Shown here piece by piece: positions 1 to 9,349 of a stretch of DNA of 31,209 nt. Positions within the stretch are counted from its first letter, which is position 1. Each line of letters begins with the position of its first letter. The stretch covers positions 1-31,209 of the forward strand of contig CAYMHN010000001.1 in NCBI GenBank assembly GCA_964390235.1, given 5' to 3'. A program made the position numbers and the translations under genes. This DNA comes from an uncultured Candidatus Competibacteraceae bacterium. Lineage in GTDB: Bacteria > Pseudomonadota > Gammaproteobacteria > Competibacterales > Competibacteraceae. The notes under the pieces are model-generated. The model was not told the DNA's origin, did not search any database, and was given only the letters and a program-made list of their open reading frames with translations.

Positions 1-38
1 TCGCCGAGATCAAGAAGCTCATGGTGGAGCGGCGTTGA
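1..38 (+). CDS. sdhB: 3' end of succinate dehydrogenase iron-sulfur subunit (partial)
   Basis: Frame from nt 3 reads AEIKKLMVERR-stop (TGA 36-38), matching the typical SdhB C-terminus (..AIAEIKKxMVER). Its stop overlaps the TTG start of sdhE. Only 11 codons are visible. Confidence 0.6.
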   Translation, partial: AEIKKLMVERR

Positions 39-268
39 CGGGTAAACTCCGGTGGCGGTGTCGGCGCGGCATGAAGGAGCTGGATCAGCTGCTGCTCGCG
101 TATCTGGAACAGCGCTATCCCACCGCGCCGGAGGTCGAGCGGCAGTGCTTCAGCGAGTTGCTGGAACTGCCGGATCCCCAGATCTGGGCTTATCTCAGTG
201 GTCGGGAAACCCCGGTCGACGAGCAGCTGAGCGGATTGATCCAGCAGATTGCGCAGTCTGGTCATTGA
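35..268 (+). CDS. sdhE: Succinate dehydrogenase assembly factor 2 (FAD assembly factor SdhE/YgfY)
   Basis: LRWRCRRGMKELD signature, 77 aa, TTG start overlapping the sdhB stop (TTGA). Confidence 0.93.
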   Translation: MTGKLRWRCRRGMKELDQLLLAYLEQRYPTAPEVERQCFSELLELPDPQIWAYLSGRETPVDEQLSGLIQQIAQSGH

Positions 269-674
269 TCTGTCGCCCGCCTATCGGTGGTGCATGGTAC
301 TGGCCGGGCTGCACATGCTGGCCGCGGTCGCGGTGCTGGTTTCCGCCGCGGGGTTCCCGGTCCGTGGGCTGCTGCTGGCCGCGATACTGGCGTCCCTGGC
401 ATATTACCTCGACCGCTTCGGGAATCGCTCCAGCCCCCGGTTCGTCCGGTGCCTGAGCTTCACCGAGCAGACCTGGCGTCTGATCATGGGTGATGGGCGG
501 GTGGTTGAACTACCGCTGCACCGCTGGTTCATACACCCGTGGCTGCTGATCCTGGTATTCCGGCAGGGGCGCTGGCGCCAGCGTACCGTGATCCTGCTGG
601 CGGGCATGGGGGATGCAAGCGCCTTGCGCCGCTTGCGCAGCGATTTGCGGCGGCACCATGAAGATGATGAGTGA
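249..674 (+). CDS. ygfX: YgfX (CptA)-family membrane protein
   Basis: Two N-terminal hydrophobic helices, C-terminal RRLR motif, 141 aa, overlapping sdhE as in known sdhE-ygfX operons. Confidence 0.72.
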   Translation: MRSLVIDLSPAYRWCMVLAGLHMLAAVAVLVSAAGFPVRGLLLAAILASLAYYLDRFGNRSSPRFVRCLSFTEQTWRLIMGDGRVVELPLHRWFIHPWLLILVFRQGRWRQRTVILLAGMGDASALRRLRSDLRRHHEDDE

Positions 675-788
675 TCGAAGCTCTGCTTGAGAGCCGGTTA
701 CCGGATGGGCTATGGTGCATGATTCTCGATACCAATCGATCTTCTGAATTTTCTCAGAAAAATTAATGAAGTTATTCGGCGTCTTGAC

Positions 789-815
789 GAACTAACCCAA
801 ACCCACCCGGTCTGA
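789..815 (+). promoter_or_regulatory. sigmaE (RpoE/AlgU)-type autoregulatory promoter
   Basis: GAACTA (789-794), 16-nt spacer, TCTGA (811-815); near-consensus GAACTT-N16-TCTGA ending 49 nt upstream of the rpoE ATG. Confidence 0.8.
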
Positions 816-864
816 CGGGATAGTAATCAAGGCGCCCCAACACTGTTGAAAGGGGCCTGCCCGA

Positions 865-1440
865 ATGGGCGAACGTAATGTGGACCGTGAGCTGGTCGCA
901 CGGGTACAGCAAGGTGAAAAGCGTGCGTTTGATGTTCTGGTGCAGCGATATCAGTACAAGATCATCAAACTGATTTCGCGTTATGTACACGATCCCCACG
1001 AAGCGCTGGATATCTCGCAGGAAGCCTTTCTCAAAGCCTATCGGGCCTTGCCGGGGTTTCGTGGTGACAGTGCCTTCTACACCTGGCTGTACCGGATTGC
1101 CATCAATACGGCCAAGAATTACCTGGTGGCCCAGGGGCGCAGACCTCCGGGGTCCGACATTGATGCCCAGGACGCCGAGCAGTTCGATGGTCAGTCGTAT
1201 CTCAAGGAATACGAGACGCCCGAGCGTCTGCTGCTCAAGGACGAAATCGAGGCGACGGTCTATCAGGCCATCGACGATCTGCCCGAGGATCTACGCACGG
1301 CCATCACCCTGCGCGAGTTCGAGGGCATGAGTTACGAGGAAATCGCCCAGACCATGGGTTGTCCGATCGGTACCGTGCGATCCCGGATTTTCCGGGCCCG
1401 CGAAGCCATCGACAAAAAACTGAAACCGTTACTGAACTGA
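865..1440 (+). CDS. rpoE: ECF sigma factor RpoE (sigma24/AlgU)
   Basis: 191 aa with FRGDSAFYTWLYRIAIN and CPIGTVRSRIFRAREAID, near-identical to RpoE/AlgU motifs. Confidence 0.97.
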   Translation: MGERNVDRELVARVQQGEKRAFDVLVQRYQYKIIKLISRYVHDPHEALDISQEAFLKAYRALPGFRGDSAFYTWLYRIAINTAKNYLVAQGRRPPGSDIDAQDAEQFDGQSYLKEYETPERLLLKDEIEATVYQAIDDLPEDLRTAITLREFEGMSYEEIAQTMGCPIGTVRSRIFRAREAIDKKLKPLLN

Positions 1441-1468
1441 TCCATTAACCTTAGCGAGCTGAGTAGCT

Positions 1469-1990
1469 ATGGCGGAGAAATTGAACGAGCAAGTTTCCGC
1501 ATTGATGGACGACGAGTGCGCGCCGCAGGAAATCAAACTGGCCCTGCGCCGACTCGAACGTGACATCGTCTTGCAGAACAGCTGGGAACGTTACCACCTG
1601 GTCAGAGAGGTGCTCAAAGGCAGTACCCCTCCGGTCATCGAGCCCGGTTTCGCGGATCGCCTGCGCACCGTGATCGATGCGGAGCCGCCGCTGCGCGGCA
1701 CCACCAACCCACCCGCGGCGGGCTGGCGCAAACCCGCGCTGGGTTTTGCCCTGGCGGCCTCGGTCGCAGCCGTGACCGTAGTCGTCCTGCGCGACGCACC
1801 CGATGGCAACCCCATCCTGCCTGCCGTGCCGGGGCTTGACAATTCCACCCTGGCCACAGTACCGCCCGAGCTTGGTCCTGGTGACAAGCTCAATGCCTAT
1901 CTGATCAATCATAACAGCCTCGCCTCGATGAGCAGCGTCTACGGCGTCATGCCCTACGTGCGCATGGCCAGTTACCAGACCGGTCGCTAA
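1469..1990 (+). CDS. rseA: Anti-sigmaE factor RseA/MucA
   Basis: N-terminal EQVSALMDDE..WERYHLVREVL, central TM (GFALAASVA), periplasmic LNAYLINHN; position after rpoE. Confidence 0.92.
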   Translation: MAEKLNEQVSALMDDECAPQEIKLALRRLERDIVLQNSWERYHLVREVLKGSTPPVIEPGFADRLRTVIDAEPPLRGTTNPPAAGWRKPALGFALAASVAAVTVVVLRDAPDGNPILPAVPGLDNSTLATVPPELGPGDKLNAYLINHNSLASMSSVYGVMPYVRMASYQTGR

Positions 1991-1993
1991 CTG

Positions 1994-2959
1994 ATGGCTT
2001 ACAGAGCGTTGCTGCTTTCGCTGATGCTGGCCTGGTCGAGCCTCGCTTTCGCAGAACAGGAAGCTCGTGCCTGGTTGGAGCGCATGATCAAGGCCACCCA
2101 CAGTCTCGATTATCACGGTACCTTCGTCTATTTCCAGGGGCGCGACATCGATGTGATGGCGATACTCCACAGCAATGCCGGCGGGCAGGCAAGGCAGCGA
2201 ATGTACTCGCTCAATGGGATGGCGCGCGAGGTGGTCGTCCACGGTGAGGAAGTGATCTGCCTGTTGCCGGATCAGCAGATTGCGTTCAAGGTGGCCAAGC
2301 ACGACCGTTCGCCGCTTCCAATCTCGTTTCCCCGCGACCTGGACCGGCTCACCGAAAGCTACGCTTTCGAACTGCTGGGCCATGACCGGGTGGCGAACCG
2401 CCCCGCCCTGGTGGTCGCCGTCCTACCCCGTGATCAGTACCGCTATGGTTACCGCCTGTGGCTGGATAGCGAAACCGGTCTGGTGTTGCGCTCCTCCCTG
2501 ATCGACAACCGTGGCAAAGCGCTGGAGGAACTGATCTTCACCGAGCTGCACGTCGTACCGGAGATCGATCCGGCACTGCTGGTCCCCCATTCCGAGGGTT
2601 ATGCCGACTTCCGCACGATCAACACGCCGTTCGGTGTCGTCGCTGGTCAGGCCGACCCCGGCTGGCAGGTTACCGCCTTGCCGCCGGGTTTCCAGCGGAT
2701 CATCTACCAGTGGCATCAGACGGATGACCCGGGGCAGGCGACCGAGCAGATGGTATTCAGCGATGGACTAGCCACGGTGTCGGTATTTGTCGAACCCCTG
2801 GATGGCGAACCGCTGCTGGAGGGGGCATCGCGCATGGATGCGGTCAACGCCCATGGCCTGGTGATCGATGGGCACTATCAGGTTCTGGTGGTCGGTGAAG
2901 TTCCTCCCGAGACGCTGGCCTCCATCGTGGGCTCGGTCCGCCCGGCTGCCGCGCAATGA
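1994..2959 (+). CDS. rseB: SigmaE regulatory periplasmic protein RseB/MucB
   Basis: Signal peptide, LDYHGTFVY, DQYRYGYRLWLD, FSDGLATVSVFVE, VVGEVP motifs. Confidence 0.93.
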   Translation: MAYRALLLSLMLAWSSLAFAEQEARAWLERMIKATHSLDYHGTFVYFQGRDIDVMAILHSNAGGQARQRMYSLNGMAREVVVHGEEVICLLPDQQIAFKVAKHDRSPLPISFPRDLDRLTESYAFELLGHDRVANRPALVVAVLPRDQYRYGYRLWLDSETGLVLRSSLIDNRGKALEELIFTELHVVPEIDPALLVPHSEGYADFRTINTPFGVVAGQADPGWQVTALPPGFQRIIYQWHQTDDPGQATEQMVFSDGLATVSVFVEPLDGEPLLEGASRMDAVNAHGLVIDGHYQVLVVGEVPPETLASIVGSVRPAAAQ

Positions 2960-3050
2960 CATCCGCGGCAATTCCCCCTGCCGGCGTTGCAATCCGCGTG
3001 AGTCCGTGAACAAATTCCACCGGTAATGTGCCTTGACCGTAGCGGCAAGG

Positions 3051-3056
3051 TATAAT
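3051..3056 (+). promoter_or_regulatory. Candidate sigma70 -10 element for the lepA operon
   Basis: Perfect TATAAT ending 65 nt upstream of the lepA ATG. TTGACC lies only 12 nt upstream, so there is no well-spaced -35. Confidence 0.45.
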
Positions 3057-3121
3057 TCAAAAGCTTTGCGGTTGCCAGAACCGGCTAATCGGTGTGGCCC
3101 GGACCGGACACAGACTCGTCG

Positions 3122-4915
3122 ATGCAGCATATCCGTAATTTTTCCATCATCGCCCATATCGATCACGGTAAATCCACACTAGCCGACAGGTTCATCCAGA
3201 TCTGCGAGGGTCTGAGCGAGCGTGAACAGGCCGAACAGGTTCTGGATTCGATGGACCTGGAGCGGGAGCGAGGCATTACCATCAAGGCGCACAGCGTCTC
3301 GCTCAACTATACCGCGCGGAACGGCCAGCGCTACAAGCTCAATTTCATCGATACGCCGGGACATGTCGATTTCTCCTATGAAGTGTCCCGTTCCCTGTCG
3401 GCCTGCGAGGGCGCGCTGCTGGTGGTTGATGCAGCCCAGGGCGTGGAGGCGCAAAGCGTCGCCAACTGCTACACCGCCATTGATCAGGGACTGGAAGTCG
3501 TGCCGGTGCTGAACAAGATCGATCTGCCCTCGGCGGAACCGGATCGGGTGGCGGAGGAGATCGGCGATATCATCGGCATCGATGCCAGCGACGCGGTCCG
3601 GGTCAGCGCCAAGACCGGAGAAGGCGTGATCGAACTGCTGGAACGCCTGGTGCAGCGGATTCCGCCCCCCAAGGGCGATCCCGAAGCCTCCCTCAAGGCA
3701 CTGATCATCGATTCCTGGTTCGACAATTATGTCGGGGTGATTTCGCTGGTGCGGGTGGTCGATGGCAGTATCGTGCCCAAGCAGAAGATGCGCATCATGT
3801 CCACGGGGCGCACCTATCAGGTGGAAAAGGTCGGCGTGTTCACCCCCAAGGCCACCGAGCGGGAGGTACTGGCCACCGGCGATGTGGGTTATGTGATCGC
3901 CGGGGTCAAGGAGATCGATGGTGCGCCGGTCGGCGATACCATTACCGACGATGCCCGTCCCGCCGCGCACTCGCTGCCCGGATTTCAGAAGGTACAACCG
4001 CGGGTCTTCGCCGGCCTGTTTCCGATCGAAGCGGACGACTATGACAATCTGCGCGAAGCACTGGGCAAGCTGCGCCTTAACGATGCTTCTCTGCACTACG
4101 AACCCGAGACCTCGCAGGCGCTGGGGTTCGGGTTCCGCTGCGGGTTTCTGGGCATGCTGCACATGGAGATCGTGCAGGAGCGTCTCGAGCGCGAGTACGA
4201 TCTCGATCTGATCACCACGGCGCCGACCGTGATCTATCAGGTGATCACCACGACTGGCGAGACCCTGGCGGTGGACAATCCCGCCAAGCTGCCGCCGGTC
4301 AATCAGATCGAAGAGATTCGCGAACCCATCATTCTGGCCAATATTCTGGTGCCGCAGGAGTACCTCGGCGCGGTGATCGGCCTATGCATCGAAAAGCGCG
4401 GCGTACAGCGCAATATGCAGTATTCCGGCAAGCAGGTGGCCTTGAGCTTCGAACTGCCGCTCAGCGAAGTGGTGATGGATTTCTTCGACCGACTGAAATC
4501 CGTCAGCCGCGGCTTTGCTTCCTTCGATTACGATTTTCTCCGCTTCCAGGTGGCCAATCTGGTCAAGCTCGATGTGCTGATCAATGGTGAGCGGGTCGAT
4601 GCCCTGTCGATCATCGTGCATCATGAGCAGTCCCGGTACCGGGGGCGCGATCTGGCGGAACGCATGAAGGAGCTGATCCCGCGGCAGATGTTCGATGTGG
4701 CGGTGCAGGCCGCCGTCGGCAATCAGATCATCGCCCGCTCCACGGTCAAGGCCTTGCGCAAGAATGTGACGGCGAAATGCTATGGCGGCGACGTTACTCG
4801 CAAGCGCAAGCTGCTGGAAAAGCAGAAAGCCGGCAAGCGCCGGATGAAGCAGGTCGGGCGGGTCGAGATCCCCCAGGCGGCCTTTCTGGCCGTACTGCAG
4901 TCCGATAGAAAATAA
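3122..4915 (+). CDS. lepA: Translation elongation factor 4 (LepA)
   Basis: [50 protein letters not shown]. Start placed at ATG 3122 (MQHIRNF) rather than GTG 3092. Confidence 0.98.
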   Translation: MQHIRNFSIIAHIDHGKSTLADRFIQICEGLSEREQAEQVLDSMDLERERGITIKAHSVSLNYTARNGQRYKLNFIDTPGHVDFSYEVSRSLSACEGALLVVDAAQGVEAQSVANCYTAIDQGLEVVPVLNKIDLPSAEPDRVAEEIGDIIGIDASDAVRVSAKTGEGVIELLERLVQRIPPPKGDPEASLKALIIDSWFDNYVGVISLVRVVDGSIVPKQKMRIMSTGRTYQVEKVGVFTPKATEREVLATGDVGYVIAGVKEIDGAPVGDTITDDARPAAHSLPGFQKVQPRVFAGLFPIEADDYDNLREALGKLRLNDASLHYEPETSQALGFGFRCGFLGMLHMEIVQERLEREYDLDLITTAPTVIYQVITTTGETLAVDNPAKLPPVNQIEEIREPIILANILVPQEYLGAVIGLCIEKRGVQRNMQYSGKQVALSFELPLSEVVMDFFDRLKSVSRGFASFDYDFLRFQVANLVKLDVLINGERVDALSIIVHHEQSRYRGRDLAERMKELIPRQMFDVAVQAAVGNQIIARSTVKALRKNVTAKCYGGDVTRKRKLLEKQKAGKRRMKQVGRVEIPQAAFLAVLQSDRK

Positions 4916-4976
4916 AGCCCGGTTTCCCATTTCGATCAACCCACATCCATCAACAGAGGGTGCAAGGACAAGCAGC

Positions 4977-5780
4977 ATGCAATTTGATTTTGCGGCAATT
5001 CTGGTTATTCTCGCCCTGGTCACTGGCAGTATCTGGTTGCTGGACAGCATGGTGCTGGCTCCGCGTCGCACCCGGCAGCAAACCGGTATTCGTTCCGGAC
5101 CGACCCGGGAAGCGAGCGACAGCGGCAAACCGCCCTGGTTGGTCGATATTTCACGATCTTTTTTCCCGGTGATCGTGATTGTCCTGGTGCTGCGCTCCTT
5201 TCTGGTCGAGCCGTTCCGGATACCCTCCGGTTCCATGGAGCCCACGCTGTTGCCGGGGGATTTCATCCTGGTGAACAAGTTCTCCTACGGTCTGCGCTTG
5301 CCGGTGCTCAATACCGAGATCCTGTCGCTGGGTGAACCGGGGCGTGGCGATGTCGTGGTGTTCCGCTATCCCGAAGATCCATCGATCGCCTATATCAAGC
5401 GCATCGTCGGCTTGCCGGGCGACCATATCGCCTACCGCGAAAAGCAGCTGTTCATCAACGGTGAACCGGTGGTGTTGACGCCGCTTACGCGCGACAATGG
5501 TGATACCCCGCCGGGTCATCAGCAGTGGCTGGAAATGCTGGGTGATGCCGGCCACCGGATTCTGGTGCGTGCCGGGTCTTTCGGCGAGAGCTGGGAGCGG
5601 GTGGTACCTCCAGGAAACTATTTTACCCTGGGTGATAACCGGGACAATAGTCGCGACAGCCGTTACTGGGGATTCATGCCCGAGGAAAACCTGATTGGCA
5701 AGGCTTTTCTGATCTGGCTAAACTCGAACTGCATCACCTTCAACGGGCATTGCAATCGGATCGGGAGAACCATTCAATGA
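4977..5780 (+). CDS. lepB: Signal peptidase I
   Basis: IPSGSMEPTL (catalytic Ser), YIKRIVG (Lys), GDNRDNSRDSRYWG. Confidence 0.97.
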   Translation: MQFDFAAILVILALVTGSIWLLDSMVLAPRRTRQQTGIRSGPTREASDSGKPPWLVDISRSFFPVIVIVLVLRSFLVEPFRIPSGSMEPTLLPGDFILVNKFSYGLRLPVLNTEILSLGEPGRGDVVVFRYPEDPSIAYIKRIVGLPGDHIAYREKQLFINGEPVVLTPLTRDNGDTPPGHQQWLEMLGDAGHRILVRAGSFGESWERVVPPGNYFTLGDNRDNSRDSRYWGFMPEENLIGKAFLIWLNSNCITFNGHCNRIGRTIQ

Positions 5781-6151
5781 GGTCGCAAGTTGGGTATCAG
5801 CGTGGCTTGGGTTTACTCAGCGGTTTGCTGCTGTTGCTACTGATCGGGACTGTCGTTCTGATCGGCTTCCGGGTGGCGCCGATTTACATCGAGTATTATC
5901 AGATTCGCAAAGCACTGGCGACGATCGGCGACGACGTCCGCAGCTACGATGTCGACACCCGAGACATCCAACGGCGATTGGATCGGCATTTCGCCATCGA
6001 CTATATTTCCAAGGTGAAGGCCAGCGATATCCCGATCCGCAAGCAGCAAGGCCGTATCCTTGCCGACCTGAACTATGAGGACCGCCGTGCCTTATTCGCC
6101 AATCTGCATGTCGTGGCACAGTTCAACGAGAGCATCCAGCTGTATCCGTGA
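5777..6151 (+). CDS. DUF4845-family membrane protein
   Basis: Pilin-like N-terminus (QRGLGLL) plus TM; conserved lepB-X-rnc position; ATGA overlap with lepB gives start 5777. Confidence 0.8.
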   Translation: MRSQVGYQRGLGLLSGLLLLLLIGTVVLIGFRVAPIYIEYYQIRKALATIGDDVRSYDVDTRDIQRRLDRHFAIDYISKVKASDIPIRKQQGRILADLNYEDRRALFANLHVVAQFNESIQLYP

Positions 6152-6810
6152 ACCTGTCCGATTTTGGCCGCTTGCTGGGTTACCGCTTTCATGACCCGGA
6201 GCTGTTGCGTACCGCGCTGACTCACCGCAGCGCGGCGGGTGGCGTAAACAACGAACGGCTGGAATTCCTGGGCGATGCGGTGCTCAATTTCGTCATTGCA
6301 GTGGCGGTGTATGAGCGTTATCCGCAGGCCAGCGAGGGCGATTTGAGCCGACTGCGGTCAGTCTTGGTCAAGGGCGACACGCTGGCGTCCGTTGCCCGCG
6401 AGCTGTCGCTGGGCGACTCTCTGAATCTCGGCGGTGGCGAGCTGAAAAGCGGTGGCTATCGGCGCCAGTCGATCCTGGCCGATGCCCTGGAGGCCGTGCT
6501 GGGCGCCGTCTATCTGGACAGTGATTTCGCAAGCTGTCAGCAATTGATTCTGCGGCTGTACCAGGACCGCCTGCTGGCCTTGCCTCCGCTGACCGAACTC
6601 AAGGATCCCAAGACCCGCTTGCAGGAATATCTGCAAGCCCGGCAGCGACCGCTGCCGGTCTACCGGCTGGTCGCCACCCGGGGCGAACCGCATGCACAAT
6701 GCTTCACCATCGAGTGCATGACCGATGTCGTGACCACGCGGGCGGAGGGTGGCAGCCGCCGCAAGGCCGAGCAGGAAGCGGCCCGCAAGGCCCTGGAGCA
6801 ACTTTGGTGA
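6148..6810 (+). CDS. rnc: Ribonuclease III
   Basis: [12 protein letters not shown] signature, [15 protein letters not shown], dsRBD ([19 protein letters not shown]); GTGA overlap. Confidence 0.97.
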   Translation: MNLSDFGRLLGYRFHDPELLRTALTHRSAAGGVNNERLEFLGDAVLNFVIAVAVYERYPQASEGDLSRLRSVLVKGDTLASVARELSLGDSLNLGGGELKSGGYRRQSILADALEAVLGAVYLDSDFASCQQLILRLYQDRLLALPPLTELKDPKTRLQEYLQARQRPLPVYRLVATRGEPHAQCFTIECMTDVVTTRAEGGSRRKAEQEAARKALEQLW

Positions 6811-7712
6811 TGTCGTCGAACCTGACCACCCGAGCCGGCCATGTAGCCCTGCTGGGCCGGCCCAATACGGGCAAATCAACCCTGTTGAACGCCCTGCTGG
6901 GCCAGAAACTCAGCATTACCTCGGCCAAGCCGCAGACCACCCGCCACACCCTGCTGGGAATCCGGACCCTGGCCGACACGCAAATCGTCTATGTCGATAC
7001 CCCTGGTTTACACCTGGGGGGGCGCAAGGCGTTGAACCGACACATGAATCGGCTCGCCAGCCAGACCCTGGAACAGGTCGATGTGGTGGTGCTGCTGGTC
7101 GAAGCCCTGCGCTGGACGCGCGAGGATGATGCCGCGGTGGCGCTGTTGCAGGACTTCCCCGGCCCGGTGATTGCCGCGGTCAACAAGATCGACAGGCTCA
7201 AGGACAAGACGGCACTGTTGCCTTTCATCGAGACGCTGGCCCGGCGGCTTGAGTTTGCGCGGATCGTGCCTCTGTCGGCGCTCAAGCGGGATAATCTCGA
7301 AGCGCTGGAGCGCGGTATCGGTGAACTGCTGCCAAACGCCCCGTTTCCCTTCGGGGAAGACGAGCTGACCACGGCCAACCAGCGGTTTCTGGCCGCTGAG
7401 CTGATCCGCGAAAAGCTGTTCCGCCAGCTGCGTGACGAAGTGCCTTACGCTTTGACGGTCGAGATCGAACGCTACGAGGAAACTCCGACGCTGGATCGGA
7501 TTCACGCCGTGATCTGGGTCGAGAGGCCGGGTCAGAAAGCCATCGTGATCGGTGACCAGGGGCATACGCTGCGCGAGGTGGGGCGGCAGGCACGGCTCGA
7601 TATGGAGCGTCTGTTCGGCCGCAAGGTGTACCTGGAAACCTGGGTCAAGGTGCGGGCCGACTGGTCGGATGATGAGCAGGCCCTGGCCCGTTTCGGGTAC
7701 CATGATTCTTAG
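6810..7712 (+). CDS. era: GTPase Era
   Basis: GRPNTGKSTLLN, QTTRH, DTPG, NKID, KH-like KAIVIG..; ATG at 6810 overlaps the rnc stop (TGATG). Confidence 0.97.
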   Translation: MSSNLTTRAGHVALLGRPNTGKSTLLNALLGQKLSITSAKPQTTRHTLLGIRTLADTQIVYVDTPGLHLGGRKALNRHMNRLASQTLEQVDVVVLLVEALRWTREDDAAVALLQDFPGPVIAAVNKIDRLKDKTALLPFIETLARRLEFARIVPLSALKRDNLEALERGIGELLPNAPFPFGEDELTTANQRFLAAELIREKLFRQLRDEVPYALTVEIERYEETPTLDRIHAVIWVERPGQKAIVIGDQGHTLREVGRQARLDMERLFGRKVYLETWVKVRADWSDDEQALARFGYHDS

Positions 7713-7718
7713 GCAAGC

Positions 7719-8453
7719 ATGCGCGGCACGCTGGCATCGGCTTTCGTACTGCATCGTCGCCCCTACCGCGAGAGCAGTCTGCTGATCGAAGCATGGAGCC
7801 GTGATCAGGGACGGATCGGCCTGGTCGCGCGCGGCGCCGGACGTGCCCGGTCGCGGCTACGCGGTTTGCTGCAACCGTTTGCCCCGCTGTTGCTGTCCTG
7901 GTCCGGCCGCGGCGAGCTGGGTACACTGACTGCCGTGGAAGAGCAGGGTCGGCCCATCCGTCCACCCCCTGAGCGGCTGCTGAGTGGCCTGTATCTCAAC
8001 GAGCTGCTGCTGGCCTTGCTGGCCCGACAGGATCCGCACCCGCTCCTGTTCGATGGCTACCGGGAGGCGCTGACCGAACTCGGCGCGGTGCCCGATCAGG
8101 AACCCGTGCTGCGCCGCTTCGAGGTGTTGTTGCTGGCGCAGCTGGGCTATGGCTTGCAGCTGGACCGCGAGGCGGACAGCGGCAAGCCGCTGGATGCCAC
8201 GCGGGATTACCGCTATGTGCTGGATCGTGGACCGTTGCCACTTACCGCCTCCGGTGGCGGAATGACAATCAGCGGCCGGAGTCTGTGCGCGCTGGCGCGT
8301 GGCGAGCTGCACGAACCCGGGATTCTGCGCGAGGTCAAACGGCTGACCCGCGCCGCTTTGGCGGCTCACCTGAATCGGCCGTTGCACAGCCGAACCCTGA
8401 TGAATACACTGCACCGCCGCCCCATCCCCGAGACCCAGGACGAGATACCATGA
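7719..8453 (+). CDS. recO: DNA repair protein RecO
   Basis: AFVLHRRPYRESSLL, LQPFAPLLLSW, GLYLNELL, RRFEVLLL; position after era. Confidence 0.95.
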   Translation: MRGTLASAFVLHRRPYRESSLLIEAWSRDQGRIGLVARGAGRARSRLRGLLQPFAPLLLSWSGRGELGTLTAVEEQGRPIRPPPERLLSGLYLNELLLALLARQDPHPLLFDGYREALTELGAVPDQEPVLRRFEVLLLAQLGYGLQLDREADSGKPLDATRDYRYVLDRGPLPLTASGGGMTISGRSLCALARGELHEPGILREVKRLTRAALAAHLNRPLHSRTLMNTLHRRPIPETQDEIP

Positions 8454-9349
8454 AGGCCGCGTTCCCCACCCTTGAAGACTGTATCGGTAATACGCCACTG
8501 GTACGCTTGCAGCGTTTGCCCGGGCGTACCAATAACCTGCTGCTGGCCAAGCTGGAAGGCAATAACCCGGCGGGTTCGGTCAAGGACAGGCCAGCCCTGA
8601 GCATGATCAGCGAGGCCGAGAAGCGCGGTGAAATTCGCCCCGGCGATACCTTGATCGAAGCCACCAGCGGCAACACCGGCATCGCCCTGGCGATGGCGGC
8701 GGCGATCAAGGGCTATCGGATGATACTCATCATGCCGGAACATCTGAGCATCGAACGGCGGGCAGCGATGCGCGCCTATGGAGCCGAGCTAATCCTGGTC
8801 AGCAAGGACCAAGGCATGGAGGGGGCGCGCGATCTGGCCGAGCAGATGCAGCGCGACGGGCAAGGCAAGGTGCTGGATCAGTTCGCCAACCCGGACAACC
8901 CGCTGGCTCATTACCGGCATACCGGCCCCGAGATCTGGCGTGATACGCAAGGTGGAATCACCCACTTCGTCGCCACCATGGGAACCACGGGAACCATCAT
9001 GGGGGTATCCCGCTATCTCAAGGAACGGAACCCGACGATCCGGATCATTGGCGTGCAGCCCGAGGGGGAATCCAATATTCCCGGTATCCGCCGCTGGCCG
9101 CCCGCCTATCTGCCCCGCATTTTCGAGCCTGATCGGGTCGATCGTATCATCGACGTCAATCAGCAGGAGGCCGAGGATATGACCCGGCGTTTGGCTGCCG
9201 AAGAGGGCATTTTCGCCGGCATATCCTCGGGCGGAGCGATGCATGCCGCCTTGCGGCTGAGCCGTGAACTCGACAATGCGGTGATCGTGGCCATTATCTG
9301 CGACCGTGGTGATCGCTATCTGTCCACGGGAGTGTTTCCCGATCATTGA
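8450..9349 (+). CDS. cysM: Cysteine synthase B
   Basis: IGNTPLVRL, NPAGSVKDR (PLP Lys), ATSGNTG, GTTGT, CDRGDRYLST; ATGA overlap with recO gives start 8450. Confidence 0.95.
   Translation: MKAAFPTLEDCIGNTPLVRLQRLPGRTNNLLLAKLEGNNPAGSVKDRPALSMISEAEKRGEIRPGDTLIEATSGNTGIALAMAAAIKGYRMILIMPEHLSIERRAAMRAYGAELILVSKDQGMEGARDLAEQMQRDGQGKVLDQFANPDNPLAHYRHTGPEIWRDTQGGITHFVATMGTTGTIMGVSRYLKERNPTIRIIGVQPEGESNIPGIRRWPPAYLPRIFEPDRVDRIIDVNQQEAEDMTRRLAAEEGIFAGISSGGAMHAALRLSRELDNAVIVAIICDRGDRYLSTGVFPDH

Noticed and set aside
35-674. sdhE-ygfX as a defence toxin-antitoxin system
   Set aside because: The housekeeping SDH context and published doubts about CptAB make a defence role unsupported.
742-759. TTCTGA-N6-TCAGAA palindrome upstream of the sigmaE promoter
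   Set aside because: Single 6-bp inverted repeat in AT-rich DNA with no second copy or identifiable regulator; could be chance.
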